Of a DNA stretch of 64,000 nt, positions 1-11,980 are shown piece by piece (the first letter of the stretch is position 1; each line of letters begins with the position of its first letter). The DNA is from an uncultured Chloroflexia bacterium (GTDB lineage Bacteria; Chloroflexota; Limnocylindria; Limnocylindrales; CSP1-4). The position numbers and the translations under genes are program-made. The stretch is taken from positions 32,001 to 96,000 of the forward strand of contig CAVVYR010000006.1 of the NCBI GenBank assembly GCA_963752475.1, in the 5' to 3' direction. Below the pieces are notes generated by a model, which saw only the letters and a program-made list of their open reading frames with translations, was not told the origin of the DNA and did not search any database.

Positions 1-1152
1 CGCGGCGAGGCGCGCGCGTTGGCGTCGATAGCGGGCACGGCTGAGCCGCAGATGTCGGTCGAAGCCACCACTGCGCAGCAGCTCGGAGAAGGTCGCCTGG
101 CTCAGCACCTGCGTGCCCAGGTCGAAGGCGGCCTTGAGCTCCACCGCCGAGTCGATGAGCGCCCGTGGCAGCACCATCCAGCCAAGGCGCAGTCCGGGCG
201 CGAGCGTCTTGGAGATCGACGAGCCGCTGATCACGCGCTCGGGATCGAACGGCTGGATGGAGCCGATGGGGTTGCTGTCGTAGCGGAACTCGGCGTCGTA
301 GTCGTCCTCGATGACGTAGCGACCGTCGGCGGCTCGGACCCATTCGAGGAGCTCGCGACGCCGCTCGGGTGCCAGCACCACGCCGGTGGGGTAGTGATGC
401 GCCGGGGTCACCAGCACGGCCATCGCACCCGAACGCTCCAGGTCTTCGACGACCAGCCCATGACGGTCGACGCGCACCGGCGGCGTCTCGACGCCCCAGG
501 TTCGCAGCTGCTCTCGCGCTCCGGTGGAGCCGGGCTCCTCGACCGCGATGGCCGCTACGCCATGGGCCGGCAGGATCCGCGCCAGCACCGCGAAGCCCTG
601 GGCCAGCCCGTTGACGATGAGGATGTCGCCCGCGCCGGCACGCAGGCCTCGCACGCGGCCGAGATACGAGGCCAGCTCGCGGCGGAGCGGCTCGTAGCCC
701 TGCGGGTGGCCGTAGCGCAGGTCGGCGTCCGGGAGGGTCTCGAGCATGCGTCGGTGTGCGCGTAGCCACTCCCGTCGTGGGAAGAGGCCGGTGTCGGGCA
801 GACCGGGGTTGTGGTGGATGGGGGAGGGGCGGACGGCAGTGGCCGTCGCACTGACGGTCGGCCTGATGTCGGCCACGCTCGTACCCGAGCCGCGTCGGCT
901 CTCGAGGTATCCCTCCGCCGTTAGCTGCTCGTAGACGCCGACGGCGATCCCCCGCGAGACGCCCAGGTCGTGTGCCAGCGAGCGCGTGGACGGCAGGCGT
1001 ACGCCGGGTGCGAGGGCTCCGCCTCGTATCGCGTCACGGAGCTGCTCAGCGAGGGTCATGGACCACTGCCCGCGGGGCGCCCCTTCGACGGACACGAGCA
1101 GGTCGCGGCCGAAAGTGGTCCAGTCACAACCTTGTGGAGTGGTTCTACTCAC
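1..1152 (-). CDS. MocR/GabR-family (GntR HTH + PLP aminotransferase-like) transcriptional regulator; 3' end runs off the window
   Basis: Manual translation: LRDAIRGGAL-PGVRLPSTRSLAHDLGVSRG...YEQLTAEGYL (GntR HTH), LVTPAHHYPTG, YVIEDDYDAEFRYD, SISKTLAPGLRLGW. Start is approximate. Confidence 0.9.
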   Translation of the reverse strand, partial: MSRTTPQGCDWTTFGRDLLVSVEGAPRGQWSMTLAEQLRDAIRGGALAPGVRLPSTRSLAHDLGVSRGIAVGVYEQLTAEGYLESRRGSGTSVADIRPTVSATATAVRPSPIHHNPGLPDTGLFPRREWLRAHRRMLETLPDADLRYGHPQGYEPLRRELASYLGRVRGLRAGAGDILIVNGLAQGFAVLARILPAHGVAAIAVEEPGSTGAREQLRTWGVETPPVRVDRHGLVVEDLERSGAMAVLVTPAHHYPTGVVLAPERRRELLEWVRAADGRYVIEDDYDAEFRYDSNPIGSIQPFDPERVISGSSISKTLAPGLRLGWMVLPRALIDSAVELKAAFDLGTQVLSQATFSELLRSGGFDRHLRLSRARYRRQRARLAA

Positions 1153-1161
1153 AGGACCACT
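1114..1161. promoter_or_regulatory. Putative MocR operator between divergent regulator and transporter
   Basis: AGTGGTCC (1114), AGTGGTTC (1138) and inverted GGACCACT (1154): direct plus inverted repeat layout typical of MocR sites. Confidence 0.45.
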
Positions 1162-1181
1162 CTGCCACTACCGTGCAAGCC

Positions 1182-2093
1182 ATGCAGTCACGTTCGTTCG
1201 GCGTCTTCGGTGCCATCGTGGCCATGCTCGCGGTGGGCACCGGGATCACCGTCTCTGCCGAGCTCGTCGACTACCCGGTGTTCGGTGCCCAGGCGCTCCG
1301 CTACCTGGTGGCCACGGCCATCCTCGCGGGTGCCGTGTCGTTGTTCCGCCGGCCGTTGCCCCGACCACGCGGAACGGACTGGCTCTGGCTCATCGGTGTC
1401 GCTGCCACCGGCCTCGTGCTCTTCAACATCGCCGTCATCCGCTCGGTCGAACATGCCGAGCCGGCCGCGGTGGCCATCCTCATCAGTGCCGTCCCGCTCA
1501 TCCTGCTCGTGGGGGAGTCGGTCCGCGTCCGCCGGCGCCCGTCACCGCAGCTGGTGGCCGGTGTCGTGCTCGTGGTCATCGGTGCCGCGCTCGTCCAGGG
1601 TGGCGGACGCGCCACGATCGAAGGCCTCGCCTGGGCCTTCGTGGCGCTCGTGTGCGAAGCCGCCTTCACGCTGCTCGCGGTGCCGGTGCTCGGACGGTTG
1701 GGTGCGGTCGGCGTGTCCATCCACACGTGTTGGATGGGCGCCCTCATGTTCGGCGTGCTGGCGCTCGGCATCGATGGCGCCGACGCGGTCACGACGATGC
1801 ATACCGGCGCGCTGCTGGCGCTGGCCTACCTGGCCGTGGTCCAGACGGCCATCGCCTTCTCGCTCTGGTACAGCGCGGTGAACATCCTGGGAGCTGCGGT
1901 CGCGGGCCTCTTCGTCGGCCTCATGCCCATCGGTGCCGCGGTCAGCGGCCTGGTCCCGGGGCTGACGACCGTGACCCCGGCGGTCATCGGCGGCGCGGTC
2001 CTCGTGGGGGTCGGCATCGCCGTGGGGCTGAGCGCCCGATTGGCAGCGGGGTCGCCCGAGCCCACGCCGCACACGGTTACGATGGAGGCATGA
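1182..2093 (+). CDS. EamA/DMT family transporter
   Basis: About 10 hydrophobic helices in two EamA repeats; divergent from MocR; ATG at 1182 within ORF 972..2093. Confidence 0.88.
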   Translation: MQSRSFGVFGAIVAMLAVGTGITVSAELVDYPVFGAQALRYLVATAILAGAVSLFRRPLPRPRGTDWLWLIGVAATGLVLFNIAVIRSVEHAEPAAVAILISAVPLILLVGESVRVRRRPSPQLVAGVVLVVIGAALVQGGGRATIEGLAWAFVALVCEAAFTLLAVPVLGRLGAVGVSIHTCWMGALMFGVLALGIDGADAVTTMHTGALLALAYLAVVQTAIAFSLWYSAVNILGAAVAGLFVGLMPIGAAVSGLVPGLTTVTPAVIGGAVLVGVGIAVGLSARLAAGSPEPTPHTVTMEA

Positions 2094-2902
2094 GCACCGG
2101 ACCTGCCGATCGCTACACCCATGGACACCACGATTCGGTGCTGGCGTCCCATCGCACGCGTACGGTGGCCAACTCGGCGGCCTATCTGCTGCCACGCCTG
2201 GGCCCTGGCCAGCGGCTGCTCGATGTCGGCTGCGGTCCAGGCACCATCACCGTCGATCTCGCTGCGCGCGTGGCTCCAGGCGAGGTCGTGGCCCTCGATC
2301 GTGAAGCCGACATGCTGGCCGAGGTCGCGCGGCTGGCCGCCGACAACGGCGCCTTCAACGTGACTCCGACCGTCGGCGACGTCTATGACCTTGGATACCC
2401 TGAGGGCGTCTTCGACGTCGTCCATGCCCACCAGGTCCTGCAACACCTATCCGATCCAGTGGCGGCGCTGCGCGAGATGCGCCGCATCACGCGCCCGGGC
2501 GGGCTCGTGGCAGCACGCGATGCCGACTACGCGGCCATGATCTGGTACCCGCTCGACCCACGCCTCGACCGATGGCTGGAGATCTACCACGCGGTCGCGC
2601 GCGCCAACCGGGCCGAGCCCGATGCCGGTCGCCGGCTCCTCGCCTGGGCACACGCGGCCGGGTTCTCCGACGTCGCCCCCAGTGCCTCGACGTGGGTCTT
2701 CGCCGACGAGGCCAGTCGTCGATGGTGGGGCGAGACCTGGGCCGAACGCACGCTGAGCTCGGACCTCGCCGGGCAGGCACTGGACAGGCGCATCGCCACT
2801 CGTGCGGAGCTCGAGGACGTGGCTGCCGGCTGGCGGTCCTGGCTGGCACACCCGGACGCCTGGTTCAGCGTCCTCCACGGGGAGATCCTGGCGACGCCCT
2901 AG
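2090..2902 (+). CDS. Class I SAM-dependent methyltransferase
   Basis: LLDVGCGPG motif I, FDVVHAHQVLQH, LREMRRITRPGG; ATGA overlap with upstream gene. Confidence 0.9.
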   Translation: MSTGPADRYTHGHHDSVLASHRTRTVANSAAYLLPRLGPGQRLLDVGCGPGTITVDLAARVAPGEVVALDREADMLAEVARLAADNGAFNVTPTVGDVYDLGYPEGVFDVVHAHQVLQHLSDPVAALREMRRITRPGGLVAARDADYAAMIWYPLDPRLDRWLEIYHAVARANRAEPDAGRRLLAWAHAAGFSDVAPSASTWVFADEASRRWWGETWAERTLSSDLAGQALDRRIATRAELEDVAAGWRSWLAHPDAWFSVLHGEILATP

Positions 2903-3720
2903 TTGCTGATCGAGCGGTACTTGCGCACTCCCAGCGGGGCGAACACCGCCAACATCACCACCATCCAGCCCATGGTCACCAGGACCGGGTACTCACCCGG
3001 GATGCCCTGGGCCGGGAACGGGTTGGGGTTGCCCCACAACTCTCGCAGCGACGCGGTCAGCGTGCTCACCGGGTTCCAGGCGGCGACCGGCTGGAGCCAG
3101 TCCGGCAGCGTGCCGATGGGCACGAAGACGTTGGACACGAAGGTCAGCGGCAGGATGACGATGAACGAGACCTGCTGGGCGACCTCGACCGACGGCAGCC
3201 GCAGGCCCAGCCAGACCCCCACCCACGACATGACGAAGGCATAGGCCAGGGCGCCACCGATGCCGAGCAGGAGCCCGATGAGGCCGGTGTTCACGGTCCA
3301 GCCCACGACGAAGCCCGAGATCATCAGCACCATGAGGATGCCGCCGTTGTAGATGACGTCCGAGACGGAGCGCCCGAAGAGCACGGCCGAGCGCGCCATG
3401 GGCAGGGAGCGGAAGCGGTCGATGATGCCCTTGTGCAGGTCCTCGGTCATGCCGATGGCGGTGGTGGCCGAGGCGAACGTCAGCGTCTGCACGAAGATGC
3501 CCGGCATCAGGTACTCGGTGTAGCTGGCGCCGCCGGGCAGGGGGATGGCGCCGCCGAACACGACCGAGAACAGCAGCACGAACATGATCGACTGGAGGAT
3601 GGCGAAGATGGCCAGCTCGGGGATGCGCGGGATGCGCTTGAGGTAGCGCCACGTCAGCATCAGCCCGTCGTCGACCGCACCTCGCAGCCCTCGGTCCGCG
3701 GCTGGTGCGGGGGCGCTCAC
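2899..3720 (-). CDS. ABC-2 type (DrrB-like) exporter permease
   Basis: YLMPGIFVQ, GIIDRFRSLPMARSAVLFGR, LPDWLQPVAAWNPVS; GTG start at 3720 formed at the IS110 junction. Confidence 0.9.
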   Translation of the reverse strand: MSAPAPAADRGLRGAVDDGLMLTWRYLKRIPRIPELAIFAILQSIMFVLLFSVVFGGAIPLPGGASYTEYLMPGIFVQTLTFASATTAIGMTEDLHKGIIDRFRSLPMARSAVLFGRSVSDVIYNGGILMVLMISGFVVGWTVNTGLIGLLLGIGGALAYAFVMSWVGVWLGLRLPSVEVAQQVSFIVILPLTFVSNVFVPIGTLPDWLQPVAAWNPVSTLTASLRELWGNPNPFPAQGIPGEYPVLVTMGWMVVMLAVFAPLGVRKYRSISN

Positions 3721-3738
3721 TGGTGCACCCTCTTCCTG

Positions 3739-3940
3739 TCGGTAGTCGCAGATCGACTGCCGATGCACCCGAGGTGCCGTCGGGTCACTGCCCCGCTCGC
3801 TCGAACCTTCGAGGTCCAGCATGAGTTCCGCAGGACCCGGCGGTCATCCGGGACGCCGTGACCGTCGACAGGGCTGTGCGCCATGGCCATCACCGGCCGG
3901 GAGCGCCGATCAGTGAGCTGACAGGCAGATGCGTCCCGGC
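3739..3940 (+). ncRNA. Putative IS110 bridge RNA
   Basis: 5' hairpin 3739-3763; target arm 3777-3843 containing GCATGAG; donor arm 3848-3939 containing ACAGGGCT and CAGTGAG, matching the element's junction sequences. Confidence 0.75.
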
Positions 3941-3989
3941 ACCGAGATGCGGGTGCCTCCCCACTGGGATCAGCAGCGAGGAGGCTGAC

Positions 3990-5258
3990 ATGCAGTCTGC
4001 CAGTATCACCCCGAGTCGGGGCTCGTCCGACCAGCCCGTCAGCGTCGCCGTCACCGGTGGCGTGGACTGGGCCAGCGCCGATCATGCCGTGGCCGTCGTC
4101 GACGACGATGGCCGCCAGCTCGCCCGCGAGCGCGTCGAGCACACCGCCGCGGGCCTGCGGGCGATGGTGCGGTTCCTGGCCGATCATGGCGTGGCCGAGG
4201 TCGCCATCGAGCGTGGCGACGGCCCGGTGGTCGAGGCCCTGCTCGACGCCGGGCTGACCGTCGTCGTCATCAGCCCCAACCAGCTCAAGGGCCTCCGTTC
4301 GCGCTACGGCTCGGCCGGCAACAAGGACGACCGCTTCGACGCCTTCGTGCTCGCCGACACCCTGCGCACCGACCGGGCCCGGCTTCGCCCGCTGACCCAG
4401 GACACCGAGGCCACGCGGACCCTGCGCGCCACCGTGCGGGCCCGTCGCGACCTGGTCAGGCACCGCGTCGCGGTGTGCAACCAGCTTCGCGCCCACCTGC
4501 AGGCCACCTTCCCCGGCGTGGTCGGCCTGTTCGCAGAGCTGGACTCGCCGATCAGCCTGGCCTTCCTGGCCCGCTTCGACTCCCAGGCACGTGCCGACTG
4601 GCTCTCCCCCGGGCGGCTGGCGGCCTGGCTGGCCAGCGTCGGCTACAGCGGCCGCAAGGACCCCGCCGACCTCCATGCCCGACTGCAGGCCGCACCCCGG
4701 GGCCCGGTCGGACCCGACGGTGCCGCCCGGGCCCATGTCACCCGCGCCCTGCTCAGCGTGCTCGACGGCCTGGTCGAGCAGATCGGGACCCTCGAGGCGC
4801 AGATCACCGAGCAGCTCGCCCTTCACGCCGACGCCCACATCTTCCGGTCCCTGCCCCGCAGCGGCACCGTCCGCGCCGCCCGGCTGCTCGCCGAGATCGG
4901 CGACGTCCGCGCCCGCTTCCCCGACGCCGCCTCCCTGGCCTGCCTGGCCGGCGTCGCGCCCTCGACCAGACAGTCCGGCAAGCACCGAGCCGTCACGTTC
5001 CGCTGGGCGGTCGACAAGGAGCTCCGCGACGCGGTCTGCGACTTCGCCGGCGACTCCCGACGCGCCAACCCCTGGGCCGCGAAGATCTACGACGACGCCA
5101 TCGCCCGGGGCAAGGACCACCCCCACGCGACCCGCATCCTGGCCCGTGCCTGGCTCGGCGTGATCTGGCGCTGCTGGCAGGATGACGCCGCCTACGAACC
5201 CGCCCGACACCACGCCCTCCAGGCCATGCAGGACACCGCCATGGCGGCCCAGGGTTGA
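3990..5258 (+). CDS. IS110 family transposase/recombinase (DEDD RuvC-like + Tnp20)
   Basis: GGVDWAS, VAIE, NKDDRFDA (DEDD) and GVAPSTRQSG (catalytic Ser); GAGGAGG RBS before ATG 3990. Confidence 0.95.
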   Translation: MQSASITPSRGSSDQPVSVAVTGGVDWASADHAVAVVDDDGRQLARERVEHTAAGLRAMVRFLADHGVAEVAIERGDGPVVEALLDAGLTVVVISPNQLKGLRSRYGSAGNKDDRFDAFVLADTLRTDRARLRPLTQDTEATRTLRATVRARRDLVRHRVAVCNQLRAHLQATFPGVVGLFAELDSPISLAFLARFDSQARADWLSPGRLAAWLASVGYSGRKDPADLHARLQAAPRGPVGPDGAARAHVTRALLSVLDGLVEQIGTLEAQITEQLALHADAHIFRSLPRSGTVRAARLLAEIGDVRARFPDAASLACLAGVAPSTRQSGKHRAVTFRWAVDKELRDAVCDFAGDSRRANPWAAKIYDDAIARGKDHPHATRILARAWLGVIWRCWQDDAAYEPARHHALQAMQDTAMAAQG

Positions 5259-5269
5259 CACAGGGCTAC

Positions 5270-6265
<996 letters not shown>

Positions 6266-6446
6266 GTGGTCGATGTACCCTCTCGTTCACGGCTGGGCCC
6301 CCCGTGAAGGTTGCAGCATAGCGGCCCCACGCGATCGGCTCGTGACAGTGCCCCTTGGCGCCGACGGTGATCTCTCCGCGGATGCTGTCAGCCGGGCACC
6401 ACGGTAGTGCGGGTGGCGCAGTGGGTGTGTCCACCCGCCAGGCTTC

Positions 6447-6791
6447 ATGGGCATCCGTCGCCTCCACCGACGTGGCGGATCCACGCCGGGCGACTTCGAG
6501 CCCGATGTCGACCGAGGCGACGTAGATGGCCGATCCGGGCGACTCCTGTAGTCACCTGTCGACGAGGCCGACGCAAGTCCAACAGAGTTCAGGTCGTTGT
6601 TGGACCAGCGTCGATGGGAGCGACGTGTGTCCACCATCAACGGCCCTTCGGACGCGGTCGGACGCTCGCCCAGAACGGAGGGGCTCCGCCGCGTGACTAC
6701 AAGGGTCGATAGCGTCGATGGGAGCGACGGATGTCCATCGCCAGGGTCCGCCGTCGCGCGGGCCGATCTCATGGGTGGCACGTCGGTCCAC
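6447..6791. repeat. REP-like repeat cluster A (GTCG-N7-CGAC hairpins)
   Basis: Forward copies at 6447, 6497, 6548; reverse copies starting at 6634, 6738 and (degenerate) 6791; AGCGTCGATGGGAGCGACG occurs twice (6607, 6711). Confidence 0.7.
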
Positions 6792-6851
6792 TCATCCAGA
6801 ACGACGCATGGCCAAGAAGGCGCGAAGGAACCGGCCTGACGCGATAAGGTC

Positions 6852-9179
6852 TTGTCCGTGGTACTTCCCATCGCGGTGGCGTCGGGCTTCGTCCTGGCGC
6901 TGCTGGTCCCGCTCGTTCGCCGCTCCCTTGGCCGATGGGCCTACCTCGTGTTTGCGGCCGTGCCCGCGTTGCTGGCCCTCCTCTTCGTCAGCCTCGCGCC
7001 AGGCGTGCTCGACGGCGAACCCGTGCGCTCGACGAGCGAGTGGGTGCCGCAGCTGAACTTGTCCCTGTCGTTCTCGCTCGATGGGCTCGCGCTGCTCTTC
7101 AGCCTGCTCATCACCGGCATCGGCGTGGCCGTCATCCTCTACGCCGAGCACTACCTTCACGGCCACGCCGAGATCGACCGTTTCCACGCCCTGGCGTTGG
7201 CCTTCATGGCCTCGATGCTCGGGCTCGTCCTGGCTGATGACCTCCTCCTCGTCCTCGTCTTCTGGGGCCTGACGGGCGTCACCTCTTACCTGCTCATCGG
7301 CTTCGAGCACTCGATGGGCACCTCCCGGCTCTCGGCCCAGCAGGCACTGCTCGTGACCGTCACCGGCGAGCTGGCGATGATCGCCGGTCTCGTGCTGCTG
7401 GGCTACGCCGGCGACAGCTTCATCATCTCGGAGGTGCTGGCAGCCGGGGAGACCGTCCAGGCGGACGCGCGCTACGGCCTGCTGACGCTCCTCATCCTGC
7501 TCGGGGCGCTGGCCAAGTCGGCCCAGTTCCCCTTCCACTTCTGGCTGCCCAACGCCATGGCTGCGCCGACCCCGGTCAGCGCCTACCTCCACTCGGCCAC
7601 CATGGTCACGGCCGGTGTCTACCTCGTCTCGCGCCTGACACCGGTCCTCGGGGGCACCGAGCTGTGGACGGTCGTGCTCACCGTCAGCGGCGGCCTGACG
7701 ATGCTGATCGGCAACATCCTGGCACTGCGCCAGCACGATCTGAAGCTCGTGCTGGCCTACTCCACGGTGGGCGCGCTGGGCACGATGGTGCTGCTGGTGG
7801 GCCTCGGCTCGGACACCGCCTTCACCGCGGCCATGGCGCTGCTGCTGGCCCACGCCCTGTACAAGGCGGGGCTCTTCCTCGTCACCGGCATCATCGACCA
7901 CGAGATGGGCACCCGCGAGCTGGACCGCTTCAGCGGGCTCGCTCGGATCATGCCCCTGACCGCGGCCGCTGCCGCGTTGGGTGCGGTCTCGATGGCCGGC
8001 ATCCCGCCCGTGATCGGCTTCGCGGCCAAGGAGCTGGGCCTCAAGTCGGCCTTGGTGGTCGAGGGGTCGGCGATCCTCGTCACCGCTGCTCTGGTGGTCG
8101 CAGGGGCGGCCACCGTGGGTGTCGCGGCCATCGCCAGCCTCGGTCCGTTCACCGGTCCGCTGCGCACGGCCCGTGACGGCGGGCACGATCCATCGTGGGC
8201 GATGTGGCTGGGCCCCATCGCCATCGGCGTGGTAGGCGTGCTCGCAGGCCTCGTCCCGGCACTCGGGTCGGGCCAGCTCGTGGCTGCGGCCGCCGATGCC
8301 ATCGGCACGGGACAGTCGAAGTACGCCGTCGAGCCCTGGTATGGCGTCGATCTGGCCCTCGGCCTGAGCGTCCTGAGCATCGTGGTCGGCGCCGTCCTCT
8401 TCTGGCGACGGCTGGCCATGCGCGAGCTGGTGGCGCGCGTCGACTGGGGCCACCGCATCGGCCCCGAGAAGGCCTACGTGCTCATGGAACTCAAGATGCT
8501 CAGCTTCACCAAGCGCTTCACGGCCATCACCCAGCACGGCAAGCTGCGCCTCTATCTGCTCATCGTGGTGGCCACGATGGCCGCGCTGGTGTGGCTCGTG
8601 CTGCTGTACGCCGGCGGCCTGCCGACCATCGAGCTGGAGTGGGACCTGTACCCGTGGGAGGCCATCATCGCGGCGCTCATCGCCGGTGGCGCTGGTGTGG
8701 CCGTGACCGCACGCTCGCGCCTGGGCGCGGTGACGGCTCTGGGCGTGGTCGGCTACGGCATCGCGCTGGTCTATGTGCTCTTCAGCGCGCCCGACCTGGC
8801 CATCGCCCAGATCCTCGTCGAGTCGCTGACGGTGCTGCTCTTCGTGCTGGCCTTCTATCACATGCCCAAGTTCGGGGTCGAGGCAGGGCGGGGTTCGCGG
8901 CTGCGTGACGCGGCCGTGGCCACCGCGGCCGGCGTGCTCGTGACGCTCTTCGTGCTCGCGGCCTCGGGCACCATGACCGAGCCGGTGTCGACCTGGTTCA
9001 ACGAGAACAGCTACCCGCTGGCCAAGGGCCAGAACGTGGTCAACACCATCATCGTGGACTTCCGCTCGCTCGACACATTGGCCGAGGTGGCGGTGTTGGC
9101 GATCGCCGGCTTCGGCGTCTACGCGTTGCTCAAGCTACGCACCAGGACGCGTGACGCTGAAGGGGAGGGCGAGGCATGA
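6852..9179 (+). CDS. mrpA: Mrp Na+/H+ antiporter subunit A
   Basis: [52 protein letters not shown]. Confidence 0.95.
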   Translation: MSVVLPIAVASGFVLALLVPLVRRSLGRWAYLVFAAVPALLALLFVSLAPGVLDGEPVRSTSEWVPQLNLSLSFSLDGLALLFSLLITGIGVAVILYAEHYLHGHAEIDRFHALALAFMASMLGLVLADDLLLVLVFWGLTGVTSYLLIGFEHSMGTSRLSAQQALLVTVTGELAMIAGLVLLGYAGDSFIISEVLAAGETVQADARYGLLTLLILLGALAKSAQFPFHFWLPNAMAAPTPVSAYLHSATMVTAGVYLVSRLTPVLGGTELWTVVLTVSGGLTMLIGNILALRQHDLKLVLAYSTVGALGTMVLLVGLGSDTAFTAAMALLLAHALYKAGLFLVTGIIDHEMGTRELDRFSGLARIMPLTAAAAALGAVSMAGIPPVIGFAAKELGLKSALVVEGSAILVTAALVVAGAATVGVAAIASLGPFTGPLRTARDGGHDPSWAMWLGPIAIGVVGVLAGLVPALGSGQLVAAAADAIGTGQSKYAVEPWYGVDLALGLSVLSIVVGAVLFWRRLAMRELVARVDWGHRIGPEKAYVLMELKMLSFTKRFTAITQHGKLRLYLLIVVATMAALVWLVLLYAGGLPTIELEWDLYPWEAIIAALIAGGAGVAVTARSRLGAVTALGVVGYGIALVYVLFSAPDLAIAQILVESLTVLLFVLAFYHMPKFGVEAGRGSRLRDAAVATAAGVLVTLFVLAASGTMTEPVSTWFNENSYPLAKGQNVVNTIIVDFRSLDTLAEVAVLAIAGFGVYALLKLRTRTRDAEGEGEA

Positions 9180-9595
9180 GAGGCCTCATCCTGCCCACCG
9201 CCACCACCTACCTCATGCCCGTGCTGGTGCTGCTCTCGCTGTTCCTGCTGCTACGCGGACACAACGAACCCGGCGGTGGCTTCGCCGGTGGCCTGGTGGC
9301 GGCCGCGGCTTTCGTCCTGCTCTCGGTCGCGAGCGGGGTGAACGCCGCCAAGCGTGCCTTGCCGCTGGACTCGCGCACCTTGATCGGCCTGGGCCTGCTG
9401 CTGATGCTCGGCGCCGGTGCCATCGCGCCACTGCTCTACGGCGAGCCCTACCTCACGTCGCACTGGTGGACCTTTCCGGTCGGTGACTACGACGTCGCGG
9501 TGGGTACGCCGTTGCTCTTCGATATCGGTGTCTACCTCGCGGTCGCGGGCACGGTCCTGCTCATCGCCTTCTCGCTGGAGGAGGAGGACGAATGA
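9176..9595 (+). CDS. mrpB: Mrp antiporter subunit B
   Basis: [24 protein letters not shown]. Confidence 0.95.
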   Translation: MRGLILPTATTYLMPVLVLLSLFLLLRGHNEPGGGFAGGLVAAAAFVLLSVASGVNAAKRALPLDSRTLIGLGLLLMLGAGAIAPLLYGEPYLTSHWWTFPVGDYDVAVGTPLLFDIGVYLAVAGTVLLIAFSLEEEDE

Positions 9596-9942
9596 CCCTG
9601 CTGTTGGCGATCGTGGCCGGCGTGCTCTTCGCGGCCGCCATCTATCTCATGCTGCGCCGGTCGGTGCTGAAGCTGGCGCTGGGCCTGTCGTTGCTGGCCA
9701 ACGCGGCCAACCTGGTCATCTTCGTGGCTGCCGGGCTGACCCGCGGCGAACCACCGCTCATCGCCGAGGGTGCCACCGCGGCGCCGCCGGGCGCGGCCGA
9801 TCCGTTGCCGCAGGCGATGGTCCTGACGGCCATCGTCATCGGCTTCAGCGTGCTCGCCTTCACGCTCACGCTCATGCACCGCGTCTACCAGGAGGGCGGC
9901 TCGGACGACGTGGATGACCTGTCCGAGGCGGACGTCCAGTGA
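9592..9942 (+). CDS. mrpC: Mrp antiporter subunit C
   Basis: [17 protein letters not shown]. Confidence 0.95.
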   Translation: MTLLLAIVAGVLFAAAIYLMLRRSVLKLALGLSLLANAANLVIFVAAGLTRGEPPLIAEGATAAPPGAADPLPQAMVLTAIVIGFSVLAFTLTLMHRVYQEGGSDDVDDLSEADVQ

Positions 9943-11468
9943 GCGCGCTCGTGCTTCTCCCGGTGCTGGTCCCCCTGACGGCCGCGGCACTGGGCCTGCT
10001 GGCCTGGCGCTCGGCTTCGGCCCAGCGCTTCATCGCGCTGGCGGGGTCGGCGGTCCTGCTCGCGGTCGGCATCGTGCTGCTCGTGGTCGTGGAGCGCGAG
10101 GGCTACCTGGTGCTCCAGATCGGCGACTGGCAAGCGCCCTACGGCATCACCATGGTGGCCGACATCTTCAGCGCCATCCTCATCCTGCTCACCGGCGTGC
10201 TGGCCGTGGCCATCGTGCTCTACTCCACCGCCACCATCGACAGCGGCCGTGCGCGCTATGCCTACTACCCGCTGACGATGGTGATGCTGGCGGGCGTGGC
10301 CGGCACGTTCCTGACCGGCGACCTCTTCAACCTCTACGTCTGGTTCGAGGTCCTGCTCATCGCCTCCTTCGTGCTCCTGGCGCTGGGTGGCGGACGTGCG
10401 CAGCTGGAGGGCGCGCTCAAGTACGTGGCCCTGAACCTCGTGGCCTCGGCCGTGCTGCTGGTGACCATCGGTGTCATCTACGGGCTCACCGGAACGGTCA
10501 ACCTGGCCGATCTCTCTGGCCGCATGGCCGAGGTGGACCCGGGGCTCTCGGCCGGCATCGCAGCCATGCTGCTCATCGCCTTCGGCATCAAGGCGGCGCT
10601 GGTGCCGCTCTTCTTCTGGCTGCCAGCCTCGTATCACACGCCACCGGTGGCGGTCTCGGCGCTCTTCAGCGGCCTGCTCACCAAGGTCGGCATCTACGCC
10701 CTGGTGCGAGTGTTCACGCTGCTCTTCGCCGACCAGGCCGCCGACTTCCAGCCGCTGCTGCTGACGGTGGCTGGGCTGACCATGGTCGTCGGCGTCTTCG
10801 GGGCGGTGGCGCAGCATGAGATGCGGCGGCTACTCTCGTTCCACATCATCAGCCAGATCGGCTACCTCGTGATGGGCCTGGCGCTGTTCACGGTCAACGC
10901 CATGGCGGGCCTCATCTACTTCCTCGTGCACGTGGCCCTGGCCAAGTCGACGCTGTTCCTGGTGGCCGGCACGGTCAAGCAGCTGACGGGCTCGTTCGAG
11001 CTGGCCAAGACCGGCGGGCTGTGGGTGCTCAAGCCGGGCCTGGCGGTACTCTTCGGCATCGCCGCCATGTCGCTTGCGGGCATCCCGCCGTTCAGCGGCT
11101 TCCTGGCCAAGCTCGCGCTGATCGAGGCCGGCCTCGAGGTCGACCACCTGCTTATCGTGCTGGTGGCGCTCGCGGTCAGCCTGCTCACGCTCTACTCGAT
11201 GCTCAAGATCTGGAACGCGACCTTCTGGAAGCCGCTGCCGACCGATCTGGGGACCTTCGGTGATGGTGCCGCCGCGGTCACGCCCGAGCGCGTTGCGAGC
11301 ACTCGCCTGGCGCTGGCGATGGTGGTGCCGATCGTCTTGCTGGTGGGCTGCTCGGTGGCGCTGACGGTGGCCGCCGGCCCCGCCTTCGAGCTGGTCGAGA
11401 TGGCTGCGGTGCAGCTGATGGAGCCGGCCGGGTATATCGAGGCCGTGCTCGGCGGAGGCGGCCGATGA
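9939..11468 (+). CDS. mrpD: Mrp antiporter subunit D
   Basis: [39 protein letters not shown]. Confidence 0.95.
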   Translation: MSALVLLPVLVPLTAAALGLLAWRSASAQRFIALAGSAVLLAVGIVLLVVVEREGYLVLQIGDWQAPYGITMVADIFSAILILLTGVLAVAIVLYSTATIDSGRARYAYYPLTMVMLAGVAGTFLTGDLFNLYVWFEVLLIASFVLLALGGGRAQLEGALKYVALNLVASAVLLVTIGVIYGLTGTVNLADLSGRMAEVDPGLSAGIAAMLLIAFGIKAALVPLFFWLPASYHTPPVAVSALFSGLLTKVGIYALVRVFTLLFADQAADFQPLLLTVAGLTMVVGVFGAVAQHEMRRLLSFHIISQIGYLVMGLALFTVNAMAGLIYFLVHVALAKSTLFLVAGTVKQLTGSFELAKTGGLWVLKPGLAVLFGIAAMSLAGIPPFSGFLAKLALIEAGLEVDHLLIVLVALAVSLLTLYSMLKIWNATFWKPLPTDLGTFGDGAAAVTPERVASTRLALAMVVPIVLLVGCSVALTVAAGPAFELVEMAAVQLMEPAGYIEAVLGGGGR

Positions 11469-11980
11469 CCGCGCCCAAGTCCACCGCTTCAGGGGGTCTG
11501 TCGGCCTCGGCCATGTTCGCGGGCAACCTGCTGCTGGCGTTGTTCTGGGTCGCCATGAGCGGTCACTTCGACGTGCTCAACCTGCTGGTCGGCTTCGCCT
11601 TCGGCTACCTCATCCTCTATCTGCTGCAGCGCGTGATCGGCCGCTCCTCGTACTTCTCGCGTTCGGTCGTGCTGGTGCGCTTCGCCGGCTTCTACGCGGT
11701 CGAGGTCGTGCGTGCCAACCTGCGAGTGGCCCACGACGTGGTGACCCCGACCATCCACGCCAAGCCCGGCGTGGTGGCGGTGCCGCTCGATGCCGAGACC
11801 GATGCCGAGATCACGTTGCTCTCCAACCTCATCACCATGACACCCGGCTCGCTGGCGGTGGACGTGGCCGACGACCGCAGCGTCATCTACGTCCATTCGA
11901 TGTTCCTCGACGACCCTGACGAGCTGCGCCGCGAGATCAAGGACGACCTGGAACGGCGCGTGCTGGAGCTGCTCCGATGA
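11465..11980 (+). CDS. mrpE: Mrp antiporter subunit E
   Basis: EVVRANLRVA, LLSNLITMTPG; operon position. Confidence 0.93.
   Translation: MTAPKSTASGGLSASAMFAGNLLLALFWVAMSGHFDVLNLLVGFAFGYLILYLLQRVIGRSSYFSRSVVLVRFAGFYAVEVVRANLRVAHDVVTPTIHAKPGVVAVPLDAETDAEITLLSNLITMTPGSLAVDVADDRSVIYVHSMFLDDPDELRREIKDDLERRVLELLR

Noticed and set aside
19-765. Long alternative-frame ORFs here and across the window (e.g. 6792-8861, 25079-27019, 46208-47671 extension, 58811-59686 extension)
   Set aside because: Shadow ORFs expected at this GC content, overlapping well-supported genes.
6266-6851. Riboswitch upstream of mrpA
   Set aside because: No riboswitch consensus recognised; the REP-like cluster explains most of the region. 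A covariance-model search would settle it.
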